64,000 nucleotides of DNA from Candidatus Kerfeldbacteria bacterium (GTDB lineage: Bacteria; Patescibacteriota; Patescibacteriia; UBA9570; XYC2-FULL-38-9). The stretch spans positions 1,185-65,184 of the forward strand of contig JBDRKW010000020.1 in assembly GCA_043813585.1 (NCBI GenBank), given 5' to 3'. The notes beneath the pieces were generated by a model, which searched no databases, was not told the origin of the DNA, and saw only the letters and a list, made by a program, of their open reading frames with translations. Numbering within the stretch: position 1 is the stretch's first letter; each line of letters begins with the position of its first letter. This document shows positions 37,145 through 47,101 of this stretch, piece by piece. The position numbers were made by a program, and so were the translations under genes.

Positions 37145-38278
37145 ATGAAGATATTAATAGTCAATTACGAATTCCCGCCGCTTGGCGGCGGCGGCGGAGT
37201 GGCGGCCAAGGATTTGGCGCGCGGTTTTATGAAAAACGGCCATAGCGTGGATTACCTGACCACGCGGTTTAAGGATGCACGCCGGACAGAAACCGTTGAC
37301 GGCATCCGCGTGCATCGCGTTCGTGTGCTTGGACGCCGGCACCAGTCCCACGCCTCGTTGCCTTCGCTCCTTTCCTTTCCGTTTTGCGCTCTATGGAAAG
37401 GCATCCGGCTGTGCCGCACGCACCGGTACGATCTGATAAATACCCATTTTGTCATCCCGTCCGGTCCGCTCGGCTGGTTGTTATCCGTACTGTTCCGAAT
37501 CCCGAATATCCTGACCGTTCACGGGGGAGATATTTATGATCCCACAAAATCGCTGTCGCCGCACCGCCATTGGGGGTTGCGCGCGGTCGTCCGGTTCCTC
37601 CTGAACCGCGCTGATGTCGTCACTGCGCAGTCCTCGAATACGAAGGAAAATACGCTGGAGTATTACAGGCCGCGGAAGCAGATACAGGTGATTCCGCTGG
37701 CGTACGAAACAATACCGTATGCACCGGTGCCGCGCACAGAGCTGGAGCTTGACCCTAAAGCGTTCGTCCTTGCCGGCATGGGCCGCATGGTCAAGAGAAA
37801 ACGCTTTGCGGATATCGTGAGGGCGCTGCAATTGCTGCCGGAACAGGTGCGCGCCGTAATTATCGGCAAGGGCCCGGAATCGGAAGCGATCAAATCGCTG
37901 GCCCGGGAGATGGACGTGGCCGACCGGCTGCTGCTGCCCGGGTTTGTCAGCCAGGAGCGGAAGATGCAGCTGCTTAATGCATCGGACGCCTTTGTCCTCA
38001 GTTCCGAACACGAAGGGTTTGGCATCGTATTGCAGGAAGCGATGCAGGCCGGGTTGCCGATTATCGCAACGAACAACGGCGGCCAGACCGATCTGATTAC
38101 ACAGTCAAAGAACGGCTACCTCTACAAACCTGGCGACGTACAGGCGCTCGTCGAATCGATCCGTGCGCTGATGGCGAACGCGGATCTTCGGCGGGAGATG
38201 GCAGAGGAAAACAAACAACGTGTCAGGGAGTTTTCACCCGAAAGCATTGCGCAGCGGTATCTGGAACTGCTCGGTTAG
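37145..38278 (+). CDS. Glycosyltransferase family 4, paralog of 33949-35103
   Basis: NYEFPPLGGGG, GRMVKRK, EGFGIVLQEAM. Confidence 0.9.
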   Translation: MKILIVNYEFPPLGGGGGVAAKDLARGFMKNGHSVDYLTTRFKDARRTETVDGIRVHRVRVLGRRHQSHASLPSLLSFPFCALWKGIRLCRTHRYDLINTHFVIPSGPLGWLLSVLFRIPNILTVHGGDIYDPTKSLSPHRHWGLRAVVRFLLNRADVVTAQSSNTKENTLEYYRPRKQIQVIPLAYETIPYAPVPRTELELDPKAFVLAGMGRMVKRKRFADIVRALQLLPEQVRAVIIGKGPESEAIKSLAREMDVADRLLLPGFVSQERKMQLLNASDAFVLSSEHEGFGIVLQEAMQAGLPIIATNNGGQTDLITQSKNGYLYKPGDVQALVESIRALMANADLRREMAEENKQRVREFSPESIAQRYLELLG

Positions 38279-39141
38279 AACGACCAGCTGTCGATTGTCC
38301 GGCCAAGCAGGTGTTCCAGCTGCCGTTTGTCGGCCGTAAAGCGGGAGACAAGCTCATTCCTGGTCGAAGATGCGACCTCATAGTGGGATGTGTCAGGAGC
38401 CAGGTACAGCCGTTCCAACAGCTGCTTTGCCGTCGTGTGCGACAGCTTGCGGACCAGCCATAAGCCGGCGGCAGAACGTTTGATCATATTTTTTGCGTTG
38501 CGGGCGGTTTCGCGCTTCACGGCCTGTTTGGCATTCACTTTCCTGTGCAGCGCTTCAGGAGGGAAAGACGAATCAACACCCAGGAACGAATAGACGCCCC
38601 CGATAACGCGTTCCGGGTCCTCTTTCAGATCTTCAAACAGCACCACCTTGATTTGTTCAGCCGGGAACAGGTCATAATATCGTTTCAGCTGCTCATAATA
38701 AAAACCTCGCTCGATGAATTCCGGGAATTTCTTCGAAGCCTCTTCAAATGTGTCTGGGACCGGGATGAGCTTGCGCGTATGGGCGTATTGCGACAAGGCG
38801 CGGTAGACCGGGTCGCGCAGGATCGCGATGATTTTCACCGACGGGCTGTATTCATGGATCAATTTGGCCGATTCGGGATCATAGATATAATGCGTGCTGA
38901 ATTCGCCCAGTAACTGGCCCGGCTTTGCGCCTGCAAACTGTTGTTTGTATTCATCAAAACCGCTATACTGCCGTTGACGCGTTGCCGGACAGTGCTTGAT
39001 GCGGTTCCAATAATCCAGCTCCTTCTTCTTCGGAACATAAATCTGCGGGTGTTCCATCAGGCATTCCGCAAGCCAGGTCGTGCCGGCTTTTTGCGCGCCG
39101 ATGCCGATGAAGTCAATTGTGAACGGGCGTTGTGCGCTCAT
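38275..39141 (-). CDS. PAPS-dependent sulfotransferase (heparan-sulfate sulfotransferase-like fold)
   Basis: FIGIGAQKAGTT, HPQI...KKELDYW, LRDPVYRALSQY, GFY.EQL.RY. Confidence 0.9.
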   Translation of the reverse strand: MSAQRPFTIDFIGIGAQKAGTTWLAECLMEHPQIYVPKKKELDYWNRIKHCPATRQRQYSGFDEYKQQFAGAKPGQLLGEFSTHYIYDPESAKLIHEYSPSVKIIAILRDPVYRALSQYAHTRKLIPVPDTFEEASKKFPEFIERGFYYEQLKRYYDLFPAEQIKVVLFEDLKEDPERVIGGVYSFLGVDSSFPPEALHRKVNAKQAVKRETARNAKNMIKRSAAGLWLVRKLSHTTAKQLLERLYLAPDTSHYEVASSTRNELVSRFTADKRQLEHLLGRTIDSWSF

Positions 39142-39146
39142 TTTCT

Positions 39147-40628
39147 ATGAAAGACGTAAAAAAATTATTGATAAAGGGGTCGCTTGCCGTGTTCGCGGGC
39201 TACGTTGGTTTTAAGGCCATCGACCTCCTCATGAAGATCCTGGTCGGCCGGTTGTTCGGGGAGGAGACACTGGGCCTCTTCAACCTGTTCATCAGCCTGT
39301 TTTTTGTCCTGTCCCCGCTGGCCCTGATCGGCATGCACATGGGTACGAAACGCTATATTGCAGAAGCGCACCCGCAAAACAAGGACATTGTAGTCCAAAT
39401 CGTGAAAAAATCAACTGCGTTTATCGCTGCGAACGCAGTCATCATCTCCTGCCTGCTCTTCGCCGGCAGTTCGTTTATTGCGCGGTTCCTACTGAAGAAC
39501 CCGGATCACGGAACGATCATCCGGTGGTTTGCGGTCGGCCTGCCGTTCTACGCGCTGATCATGATGTTTACGCATTATCTGGAGGGGATGAATATCGTGC
39601 GATACACGGTGTGGTATGAAAAGATCATCCGGCCGCTGGTTCCGATGGCCGGCGTGGCAGCTGTCGCCGTATTTAGCATGGATATCCGCTGGCTCTATAT
39701 ATTTTACAATGCAGGGCTCGCGCTTACCGCCATGCTGTTTATCATCGAGCTTCGCCGCCGCGGGTTGTTTATGCGCATGGCCGGGTCGGCAGCAGGCGTA
39801 TCGCTGAAAAAAATGCTGTCGTATTCCTGGCCGCTGATGTTCCACAGCATGCTGTATATCCTGCTGGCGCAGTCGAGCCTGTTCGTCATCCAGTATTTCA
39901 TGGGGGAAAAGGACGTGGGTCTGTATTCCGCAGCCGCCGAAAACGCCAAGCTGATCCCGTTTTTCCAGGCATCGCTCGCTCCGCTGTTCTTTACCATCAC
40001 GTCGCGGATGAATGCGTCGAAGCAAAAGGAAGAAGCGAAGTCGCTATACCTGTTCTCCAGCAACGCAGTGTTCGTCATTACACTTCCGGTGGTCATTATT
40101 TTTTTCCTGTTCGCGCGGGACGTCCTGTACGTCACGTTCGGCAGCGCCTTCACGTCAACAGTTTTCCTGCTCCAGGTACTGGCGGTCGGATACATGGTGG
40201 ATGTAATCATCGGACCGGTTGACCTGTTTCTGAATTCGCTCGACAAGACGCGCCTGGTCATGATGAATTCGCTCATTGCGCTCACCATCGGGATCGTCCT
40301 GAGCATTATCCTTGTCCCGCGAATCGGGCTGACCGGCGCGGCCGTCTCGACTGCGCTCGCGATCGCCCTGCAGAACGTCATCGGCGGAATCGAGCTGTGG
40401 TGGATCCGCAGGCTGAACGTCTTTACCAGACAAAAAATAGTTGCCTTAAGCACGGCTGTCGGCCTGTCTCTTCTGACGCTGCTTATCCTTCCGCAGCTTC
40501 CGGATGAACTCTGGATCCGTACGGCGACGGCGCTGGCAGTCCTTGCATGCTATGCGGCGGTGCTCCACCGCTTTATCAGGTCCGCGCTGCGTTCGGCGTT
40601 CGGCGCGGTCATGAACCGTTCTGCCTAG
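39147..40628 (+). CDS. Wzx/MOP polysaccharide flippase
   Basis: Many TMs; LSYSWPL, VGLYSAA, LVPRIGLTGAAVST. Confidence 0.85.
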   Translation: MKDVKKLLIKGSLAVFAGYVGFKAIDLLMKILVGRLFGEETLGLFNLFISLFFVLSPLALIGMHMGTKRYIAEAHPQNKDIVVQIVKKSTAFIAANAVIISCLLFAGSSFIARFLLKNPDHGTIIRWFAVGLPFYALIMMFTHYLEGMNIVRYTVWYEKIIRPLVPMAGVAAVAVFSMDIRWLYIFYNAGLALTAMLFIIELRRRGLFMRMAGSAAGVSLKKMLSYSWPLMFHSMLYILLAQSSLFVIQYFMGEKDVGLYSAAAENAKLIPFFQASLAPLFFTITSRMNASKQKEEAKSLYLFSSNAVFVITLPVVIIFFLFARDVLYVTFGSAFTSTVFLLQVLAVGYMVDVIIGPVDLFLNSLDKTRLVMMNSLIALTIGIVLSIILVPRIGLTGAAVSTALAIALQNVIGGIELWWIRRLNVFTRQKIVALSTAVGLSLLTLLILPQLPDELWIRTATALAVLACYAAVLHRFIRSALRSAFGAVMNRSA

Positions 40629-42963
40629 AAAGGTAGTCGTTGTGGATGTAGATTTTAACCTTGCCGATGTTTTGAATCAGCGAATAGTCCGCCTCTAGAA
40701 TAGATTCCAATTCGGCGTTCTGGCCGTTCTTTTTCGACTGGAAAAATGTCCGGAAGGTCATACGCGCGCTTCCCATGATGAATTTCGGCTTTTTTTTGCG
40801 GATGAGCTGCGCGTAATCGACAGCGCCGTACTGGATGTAACCGCCAAAGGTGTCAAGACGGTCATCCCAGAACGCGGGACGCCGCAAATCGATGCGGTAG
40901 ATCCATGGCGTGCCAACCTTCAGCAGGTTTTCATTGGTGATCATTGACGCCAGCACATAGTCGCCGGTGAAGAAGGTGTCATCCGGCTCCAGCTCAATAC
41001 TGTCCACGACGCGCTGCAGGTTTTTGTAGGTATAGAGCGTATAGTCGGTCGGATAAAAATTACTTACGAAGTTGGCGATAAACAGCGAAACCACGATAAT
41101 GCCGAAGACGCTGTACCGGATCGCCTTCCTGAACGTCCTCGTCGACTGTACGACGGCAAACAGGACGAGCGGAAAGAGATACAAAATGTACTTGAAGCGG
41201 GACGGCATAAAGACCGCGCCGTACATCATCCCAAGCAGAAAGGTATTTGTCGAGAAGAGGATAATCTCCGTCTTCCGGTCGATGGCCGCATCGCGAATGT
41301 CGCGGGCAATCAGAATGGCCAAAATAATACTGACAATGATGCAGCCGGCAATGCTGACGTGGAGGAACGGGTGGACATCGCGGAAAAAGCCGCTGGAGCC
41401 GAACTGGACGGCAAACACGATGAAATAAAAGGCGATAAACAGGAACAGAACCCCGTACCCCAAAAGCGCGCTCCGCTTCAGGAGGTAGATGTAATTCAGG
41501 AGCGATATGCTGATGAACACGAAAAGCGATTCCATCAGCAGCGGCCAGAATTTATTGATCTCGCCGGACGACAGGAAGCTCCCGAACACGATAACGAAAA
41601 ACAGCGCAATGGACGCGGCGTTCGCCGCGACGAATAGATTCGCGTCAAGCCACCGGATCAGCGTTTTTATGCGCCGAATAGCGAGCAGTCCGAGCCATCC
41701 GGCTGCCAAAGAGGCGCCAAGGCCTGCATACAGCCATATGACTTTTTTCAGAACAAGGACATACACATGTTCAAAGGTCGACTGCATGCCGAACACGAGC
41801 CAGAACAGCGCGATCGGAAGAAAACTGACGACATACGCCGTGACAAGCTCTTTGCTGATGCGTTTGTGTTGGAGTACGAATACCACGATAAGGAAAACCA
41901 GAAACGCCTGTGAAGCCTTATAGATGAGAATGGAAGAGCCGATCAGCAGGCCGATAACGGCCCATTGGCGGAGGCGGGTTCTCGGCAGGGTCAGCAGTTC
42001 AATGCCGTATGCAGTCATGCCGATCACAAACGGGAACCACACGATATTAAACAGTCCCCAGGTGGAGCGCATAAATACCCCGCTGAACAGGACCAGGATA
42101 AGCACGGTCGCAAGAGCGGCTTGTGAGGAAAAAAGCCTCCGGATGAATGCATACGACACGGTCAGAATCAGAAATTGCATAGCGACGACAAAGAGCCGCA
42201 AACCCAGCAGCGGGTCAGAGAAGAGGAATGAAACCGGATAATACATATAGATGGCCAGGGGCTCCCGATACCAAAAATCCTTATACATCACCAGCCCCTC
42301 ATTAAGCATTTTGATGACATATAGCGTATTTCCCTCATCCGTGCCGATGCCGGTTGAATAAATGCTGAATACCTGGTAGCTGATGAAGATGCCGATCAGT
42401 CCGAGCAGGATGAGTACATGGGGCCACCCGACCGAATCTTTCCAGCACAGAAGGTCGGATACCGGCTTAAGGCGGGATAACATGGGCAGATGCAGCTTCA
42501 CCCGCTGCCGCTGTTCTGACGACGTCGCTATGTCGCGCGCGCGGGAATTTTCAAAGAGAGTCCATTTTCGAAGCGCGTCGTCAATAGTGCGCAGGCTTTG
42601 TATGAACGATTCACGGACCTGATAGCTCATCACAGCAAGCAGAGCAATGTAAAACGGGAATTGAAAGTTGTAGAGTTTCGGGTTGTGGATTTCGGCAAGC
42701 GCCGCAATGATCGAGAACAGCCAAAGAATAATGACTGCCGCGAACCAGCGTCGCTCATGGTAGAGCCCGTGGGCGCTGAATGTCCGGTTCAACAGCAGGG
42801 ATTCAAAAAAGAACAGGCCGATGAGAAATGGGTCAAGATACGAATAGGCGGGAGATTCAGGCGGCAGGAATATCCATGCGACAAAAACGGCCACGCTCAG
42901 CGCCAGCGGGATCCACGTCATCTTATAATAAACGGTTCGGCTTCTTGATTGGTGCGCGGGCAT
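40609..42963 (-). CDS. Large GT-C-like membrane protein
   Basis: TDEG..Y...G..MYKDFW..EP motif, many TMs; start uncertain. Confidence 0.6.
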   Translation of the reverse strand: MPAHQSRSRTVYYKMTWIPLALSVAVFVAWIFLPPESPAYSYLDPFLIGLFFFESLLLNRTFSAHGLYHERRWFAAVIILWLFSIIAALAEIHNPKLYNFQFPFYIALLAVMSYQVRESFIQSLRTIDDALRKWTLFENSRARDIATSSEQRQRVKLHLPMLSRLKPVSDLLCWKDSVGWPHVLILLGLIGIFISYQVFSIYSTGIGTDEGNTLYVIKMLNEGLVMYKDFWYREPLAIYMYYPVSFLFSDPLLGLRLFVVAMQFLILTVSYAFIRRLFSSQAALATVLILVLFSGVFMRSTWGLFNIVWFPFVIGMTAYGIELLTLPRTRLRQWAVIGLLIGSSILIYKASQAFLVFLIVVFVLQHKRISKELVTAYVVSFLPIALFWLVFGMQSTFEHVYVLVLKKVIWLYAGLGASLAAGWLGLLAIRRIKTLIRWLDANLFVAANAASIALFFVIVFGSFLSSGEINKFWPLLMESLFVFISISLLNYIYLLKRSALLGYGVLFLFIAFYFIVFAVQFGSSGFFRDVHPFLHVSIAGCIIVSIILAILIARDIRDAAIDRKTEIILFSTNTFLLGMMYGAVFMPSRFKYILYLFPLVLFAVVQSTRTFRKAIRYSVFGIIVVSLFIANFVSNFYPTDYTLYTYKNLQRVVDSIELEPDDTFFTGDYVLASMITNENLLKVGTPWIYRIDLRRPAFWDDRLDTFGGYIQYGAVDYAQLIRKKKPKFIMGSARMTFRTFFQSKKNGQNAELESILEADYSLIQNIGKVKIYIHNDYLSRQNGS

Positions 42964-43064
42964 TCGGATAATGGGAAGTAACCCTAAAATGGTACTTGAA
43001 CCGGGGCACTGCGTCAACGTCAGTTGGAATGCGCGCGCTCAATCTGTTATAATTAGTAGCTGTT

Positions 43065-45089
43065 ATGGAATATTCAAACGCTTCTCTATCAATCAGCTCG
43101 CGGGTCTTGCCCGGCGTCATCGCCTATATCTGTTTTTTTGCGGCTGCAACGCTCGCGTGCGCCCTGTATTTCAGCATGAAAGGGCAGCTGTTTTCCAGCG
43201 GAATTTTGTATTACCAAATTTCGGCGTTTCTGGATTGGTTCACCCCGTCCATTACCTATTTATTTATCGGATGCTCCTGTATCATAGCCGCAAGCGCAGT
43301 GTATGCGTCATTGCTTCGTCTGGGTGCGGATTCATGGTTATCATGGACCTTCGGGATTTTGTATGCGCTGGCGCCGGTAATGATGCAGGATGCGTTTTCC
43401 CTTCCCGCATCCATGTTTTTCATGATCGGCTTCCCGGTTTCATTTTTTTTGATTATATCAGCGATACATTCCTGGTACGGGATCGCTTTTTCCATCATCT
43501 GGGCAATGGCCTGGACAATTGTGCTGCCGGTCGGGGGCGTTGCGCTGATACTGACAATCGCATCCGGGTATTGGTGGTTTGACCTCGTGCTTTCGGACCA
43601 GAAAGGAACGAGGCTGAACAGGTTTTTTACGACCGTATCGTTGGTTGGGTCCTATATCGTGTTCATTGTGCTTGCAATCATGCTTTCGCGGTTTGTCGCG
43701 CCAGTGCTGGAACGTTTTAATATTAACGCCTACGACCGCCTCATTGAGGTCGCCAAACACGCGTCCGTTGATTTTAGCTGGGCGCTGGACTTTCCTTTGA
43801 GCGCCCTTTTTTCAATTTATTTCCCGGTTGAACCGACAAGCGTTCCGGAATACTCAATTCCCGCCTTTGCAATGCTGTTAGCGCTCGCACTGTACGCCTG
43901 GCTGTCAAAAAAGTATATCAGCGGTATTTTTTCACGGGCCATGCTCGTGTGGACCGGCCTTGTTTCCTTGCTCTGCCTCGTGGTCAGCCTCGGTCCTCTC
44001 TTGAAATTCGGCTCGCAAATTGTAGAACCGTACATCCCGCTTCCCGGCGCATTTTTGATTTGGTTCAGCAGCTTTGAAAAAGCGCCGTATTATTTCATTC
44101 TCCCTGCGCTTTTTTTCGCCCTCCTTGCGGCCGGCATGCTTATATCGAGCTATGTCAGGAAACACCAGTATAAGTATTTTACGGCAGTTATTACGGTGGG
44201 GTTCATATTTTTCATCGGCCAGTACGCGACCGGTGCGGTTCCGCGGACCTACCTGTACATGGGCCAGGATTACAGCGGGATCACCGAACGCCCGCAGTCA
44301 ACCCAGGTCTTTGAAATCCATTCGGGGTATATTCTGGAGAGCTATTTGCGCTACCAACGCGCGGCCCAGCACGGCCAGCTGGTGGTAGACGACTCGTCGG
44401 AATTCGGCCAGCAGATATACCACATCATCGCCACCAGCGGCGTCCCGTTCATTCCGCAGCAGAACGCAAACGCGACCGGCGCCATATTATCGTATTATAA
44501 TATCCATTACGTTGACCTGATCAAACAGACGGTCAAGCCGGGAAAGAAAAAGCTGATTGACGCCGCAGAGAACCTTGAGGCGTACGAGGCAATCCCGTTC
44601 GCGCAATTACTCAACAGCAACCACGCGTTCGTTCCGCTGGCGAAGGATGAATACCACAATCTCTACGCGGTTCAGTTTTCGGAGCTGCCGGAAGCCCATA
44701 TCAGCTTTACCCAGACCTCGCCGCCGACCGCACGCGTCAAGATCGACGAGTCCAGCGAGGCGCAGGAATTCAAGTATATCCAGTTCATCAGCGGTGGGAA
44801 GCTCAATTATATGAATTTTACGCAGGACCGGCAGCAGGCGGAAGTCCGCATCAACTACAGCAGCAAGCGGTTCATACAGCTCCACGTCATGTTTGACAAC
44901 CAGCTCGTCAAGATGTTCACGATTCCGAAAAAGACAAACAACGCGCAACTCGAATTCACGCTCGAAAACATTGAGCCGGGCGAGCACAGTATTGAATTTG
45001 TCATACTAAAGAGAAAAGGAGCCGTACTCGACAACATCAATACAAAAAGCGGACTTCGGGTCCGCTCGCTGGAGTATTCATTAGATTAA
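43065..45089 (+). CDS. Polytopic membrane protein with extracellular C-terminal domain (GT-C/YfhO-like)
   Basis: Long ORF with many TMs, SLGP..PLP, and a beta-rich C-terminus. Confidence 0.55.
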   Translation: MEYSNASLSISSRVLPGVIAYICFFAAATLACALYFSMKGQLFSSGILYYQISAFLDWFTPSITYLFIGCSCIIAASAVYASLLRLGADSWLSWTFGILYALAPVMMQDAFSLPASMFFMIGFPVSFFLIISAIHSWYGIAFSIIWAMAWTIVLPVGGVALILTIASGYWWFDLVLSDQKGTRLNRFFTTVSLVGSYIVFIVLAIMLSRFVAPVLERFNINAYDRLIEVAKHASVDFSWALDFPLSALFSIYFPVEPTSVPEYSIPAFAMLLALALYAWLSKKYISGIFSRAMLVWTGLVSLLCLVVSLGPLLKFGSQIVEPYIPLPGAFLIWFSSFEKAPYYFILPALFFALLAAGMLISSYVRKHQYKYFTAVITVGFIFFIGQYATGAVPRTYLYMGQDYSGITERPQSTQVFEIHSGYILESYLRYQRAAQHGQLVVDDSSEFGQQIYHIIATSGVPFIPQQNANATGAILSYYNIHYVDLIKQTVKPGKKKLIDAAENLEAYEAIPFAQLLNSNHAFVPLAKDEYHNLYAVQFSELPEAHISFTQTSPPTARVKIDESSEAQEFKYIQFISGGKLNYMNFTQDRQQAEVRINYSSKRFIQLHVMFDNQLVKMFTIPKKTNNAQLEFTLENIEPGEHSIEFVILKRKGAVLDNINTKSGLRVRSLEYSLD

Positions 45090-46033
45090 CTGGCGTCGTC
45101 TGGAGCCGATGTTTTGGAAATACGCTTAATGCTGTAGGGCATGTGCTTTTTTCTGTGATACGTTCGTATGCCGATGTCGGCAAGGATACCGGAGACGAAA
45201 AATTGCACGCCCAGTACAACGCAGAGCACTGCCACGAGCGGGAGGTTGGAATTTGCGAGTCCCTGAGCGAGGAAGAACCAGCGCACGGCCAGAAACGCGG
45301 CCAACGCGACGCCGCAAAAAATCAGGATCATGCCGAGTCCGCCAAACAGGTGGAGCGGGCGGGCGGAATACCGGCGCCAGAACCAGACGGCAAGCATGTC
45401 AATAAAGCCTTTGACAACGCGCTTCCAGTTGTATTTCGTGGTGCCGTGCCGGCGCGCGCGGTGCTCAACAACAGCTTCGCCAACCGTGAACCCGGACCAT
45501 CCGAGCACGGCAGGGATAAACCGGTGCATTTCGCCGAACAGGTCAACATCTTCAAAACATTCCCTCCGGTATATTTTCAGTGAACAGCCGGAATCATGGA
45601 TATGGTCTTTTACCAACAGGTTTCTCATTCTGTACGCGCCTCGGGAAACAATGCGCTTGAAGAACGGGTCCTGGCGGTGTTTCCGCCAGCCGCTGACAAT
45701 ATCAAAATCACCCTGTTTCTGGACCTCGATCAGTTTTGGTATCTCCGACGGCGGATTTTGACCGTCTCCGTCCAGCGTGATGAAGAACTCACCGGCTGCG
45801 TGCTTGAACGCCGCATCCATTGCCGCGGTTTGCCCGAAGTTCTTCCGCATCTGGATGATGGTGAGCGGTGATAGGGTGCGCATGACCTCCACAGTGTTAT
45901 CGTCGCTTCCGTCATCGATAAAAATGATTTCATATGGTTCGCCGATGGAGTTCATCGTCTCCGTGATTTCCCGGTGAAGGGGAGCAATGTTTTCCGATTC
46001 GTTGTAGACCGGAACAATAATGGAATATTTCAT
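45086..46033 (-). CDS. GT2 polyprenol-phosphate glycosyltransferase (ArnC/GtrB-like)
   Basis: VPVYNE, DDGS, NFGQTAA, LDGDGQN, GEMHRFIP; two C-terminal TMs. Confidence 0.9.
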   Translation of the reverse strand: MKYSIIVPVYNESENIAPLHREITETMNSIGEPYEIIFIDDGSDDNTVEVMRTLSPLTIIQMRKNFGQTAAMDAAFKHAAGEFFITLDGDGQNPPSEIPKLIEVQKQGDFDIVSGWRKHRQDPFFKRIVSRGAYRMRNLLVKDHIHDSGCSLKIYRRECFEDVDLFGEMHRFIPAVLGWSGFTVGEAVVEHRARRHGTTKYNWKRVVKGFIDMLAVWFWRRYSARPLHLFGGLGMILIFCGVALAAFLAVRWFFLAQGLANSNLPLVAVLCVVLGVQFFVSGILADIGIRTYHRKKHMPYSIKRISKTSAPDDAS

Positions 46034-46034
46034 A

Positions 46035-46997
46035 TTAGAATGGGCTATTTTGGCGTTGTTTTTTATACCAGGCAATAAATTTGGTTAGGCCGGCTTCCAG
46101 ATCGGTGGTCGGCTCCCAGCCCAGCAGCTTTTTTGCCTTGGAAACATCGGCAAACGTTTTTTTTACGTCGCCGGGCTGCAGCGGGTGCTCTTCGATTACG
46201 GCTTTTTTATCGCATACCTTTTCAAACATGGCAATATAATCATTCAGCGTCACCGAGTTCGAATTGCCGAGGTTGATGATCTCATAGCTGAGCTTTTTCC
46301 CGATGCACGCAATTACGCCGTCTGCGATGTCATCGATATAGGTGAAGTCGCGCTCCATAGATCCGTCGCCGTACCGGCGAACCGGTTTTCCGTTGAGCAC
46401 CATGTCGGCAAACAGGTACGGGGACATGTCCGGGCGGCCGCGCTCGCCATAGACGGTGAAAAAGCGGAGGCCGATGCAGTTCATGCCATACAGGTGATGG
46501 TAGGTATACGCGATCAGTTCGCAGGATTTTTTTGATGCCGCATACGGGGAGATCGGATGGTCGACCGGATCGCTTTCAGAAAACGGCGTTTTTTCCTGAT
46601 TACCGTACACTGATGAAGAAGAGGCGAAGATGAAATCATGCACGCCGAACTCTTTCGCCAGTTCAAGCAGGTTGTAGGTCCCTTCGATATTCACTTTCTG
46701 CGCTGTCAGCGGATGCTCGATGGAAACACGGACGCCGGCCTGCGCGGCCAGATGAATAATCACGTCGATATCATTGTTTAGGAATAGTTTCCGCAGTTCA
46801 TCAAGATCGGTAATGTCCGTGCGACTGAGCAGGTACCGCGGATTATCCAGATGGTGGGCGATATTGTATTCCTTGAACGCGGGATTGTAGTAATCAGAAA
46901 AATTATCAACGGCAATGACCGTATGATCCAGATTAATGAGCCGGTCTGCCACGTGCGAGCCGATAAAGCCCGCGGCACCTGTAACTAATACATTCAT
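46035..46997 (-). CDS. UDP-glucuronate 4-epimerase-like SDR
   Basis: HLAAQAGVR.S, ASSSSVYG, PISPYAASKK, LRFFTVYG..GRPDM. Confidence 0.9.
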   Translation of the reverse strand: MNVLVTGAAGFIGSHVADRLINLDHTVIAVDNFSDYYNPAFKEYNIAHHLDNPRYLLSRTDITDLDELRKLFLNNDIDVIIHLAAQAGVRVSIEHPLTAQKVNIEGTYNLLELAKEFGVHDFIFASSSSVYGNQEKTPFSESDPVDHPISPYAASKKSCELIAYTYHHLYGMNCIGLRFFTVYGERGRPDMSPYLFADMVLNGKPVRRYGDGSMERDFTYIDDIADGVIACIGKKLSYEIINLGNSNSVTLNDYIAMFEKVCDKKAVIEEHPLQPGDVKKTFADVSKAKKLLGWEPTTDLEAGLTKFIAWYKKQRQNSPF

Positions 46998-47101
46998 GAA
47001 AAACGCCGTTTTACCAATAAAAGCAGCGGTTACTATACCATAGATCGCTCCACAGTCAATGAGTTGAACAGTGGCGAAAGGCCTGATATACTGATTGCGC
47101 T

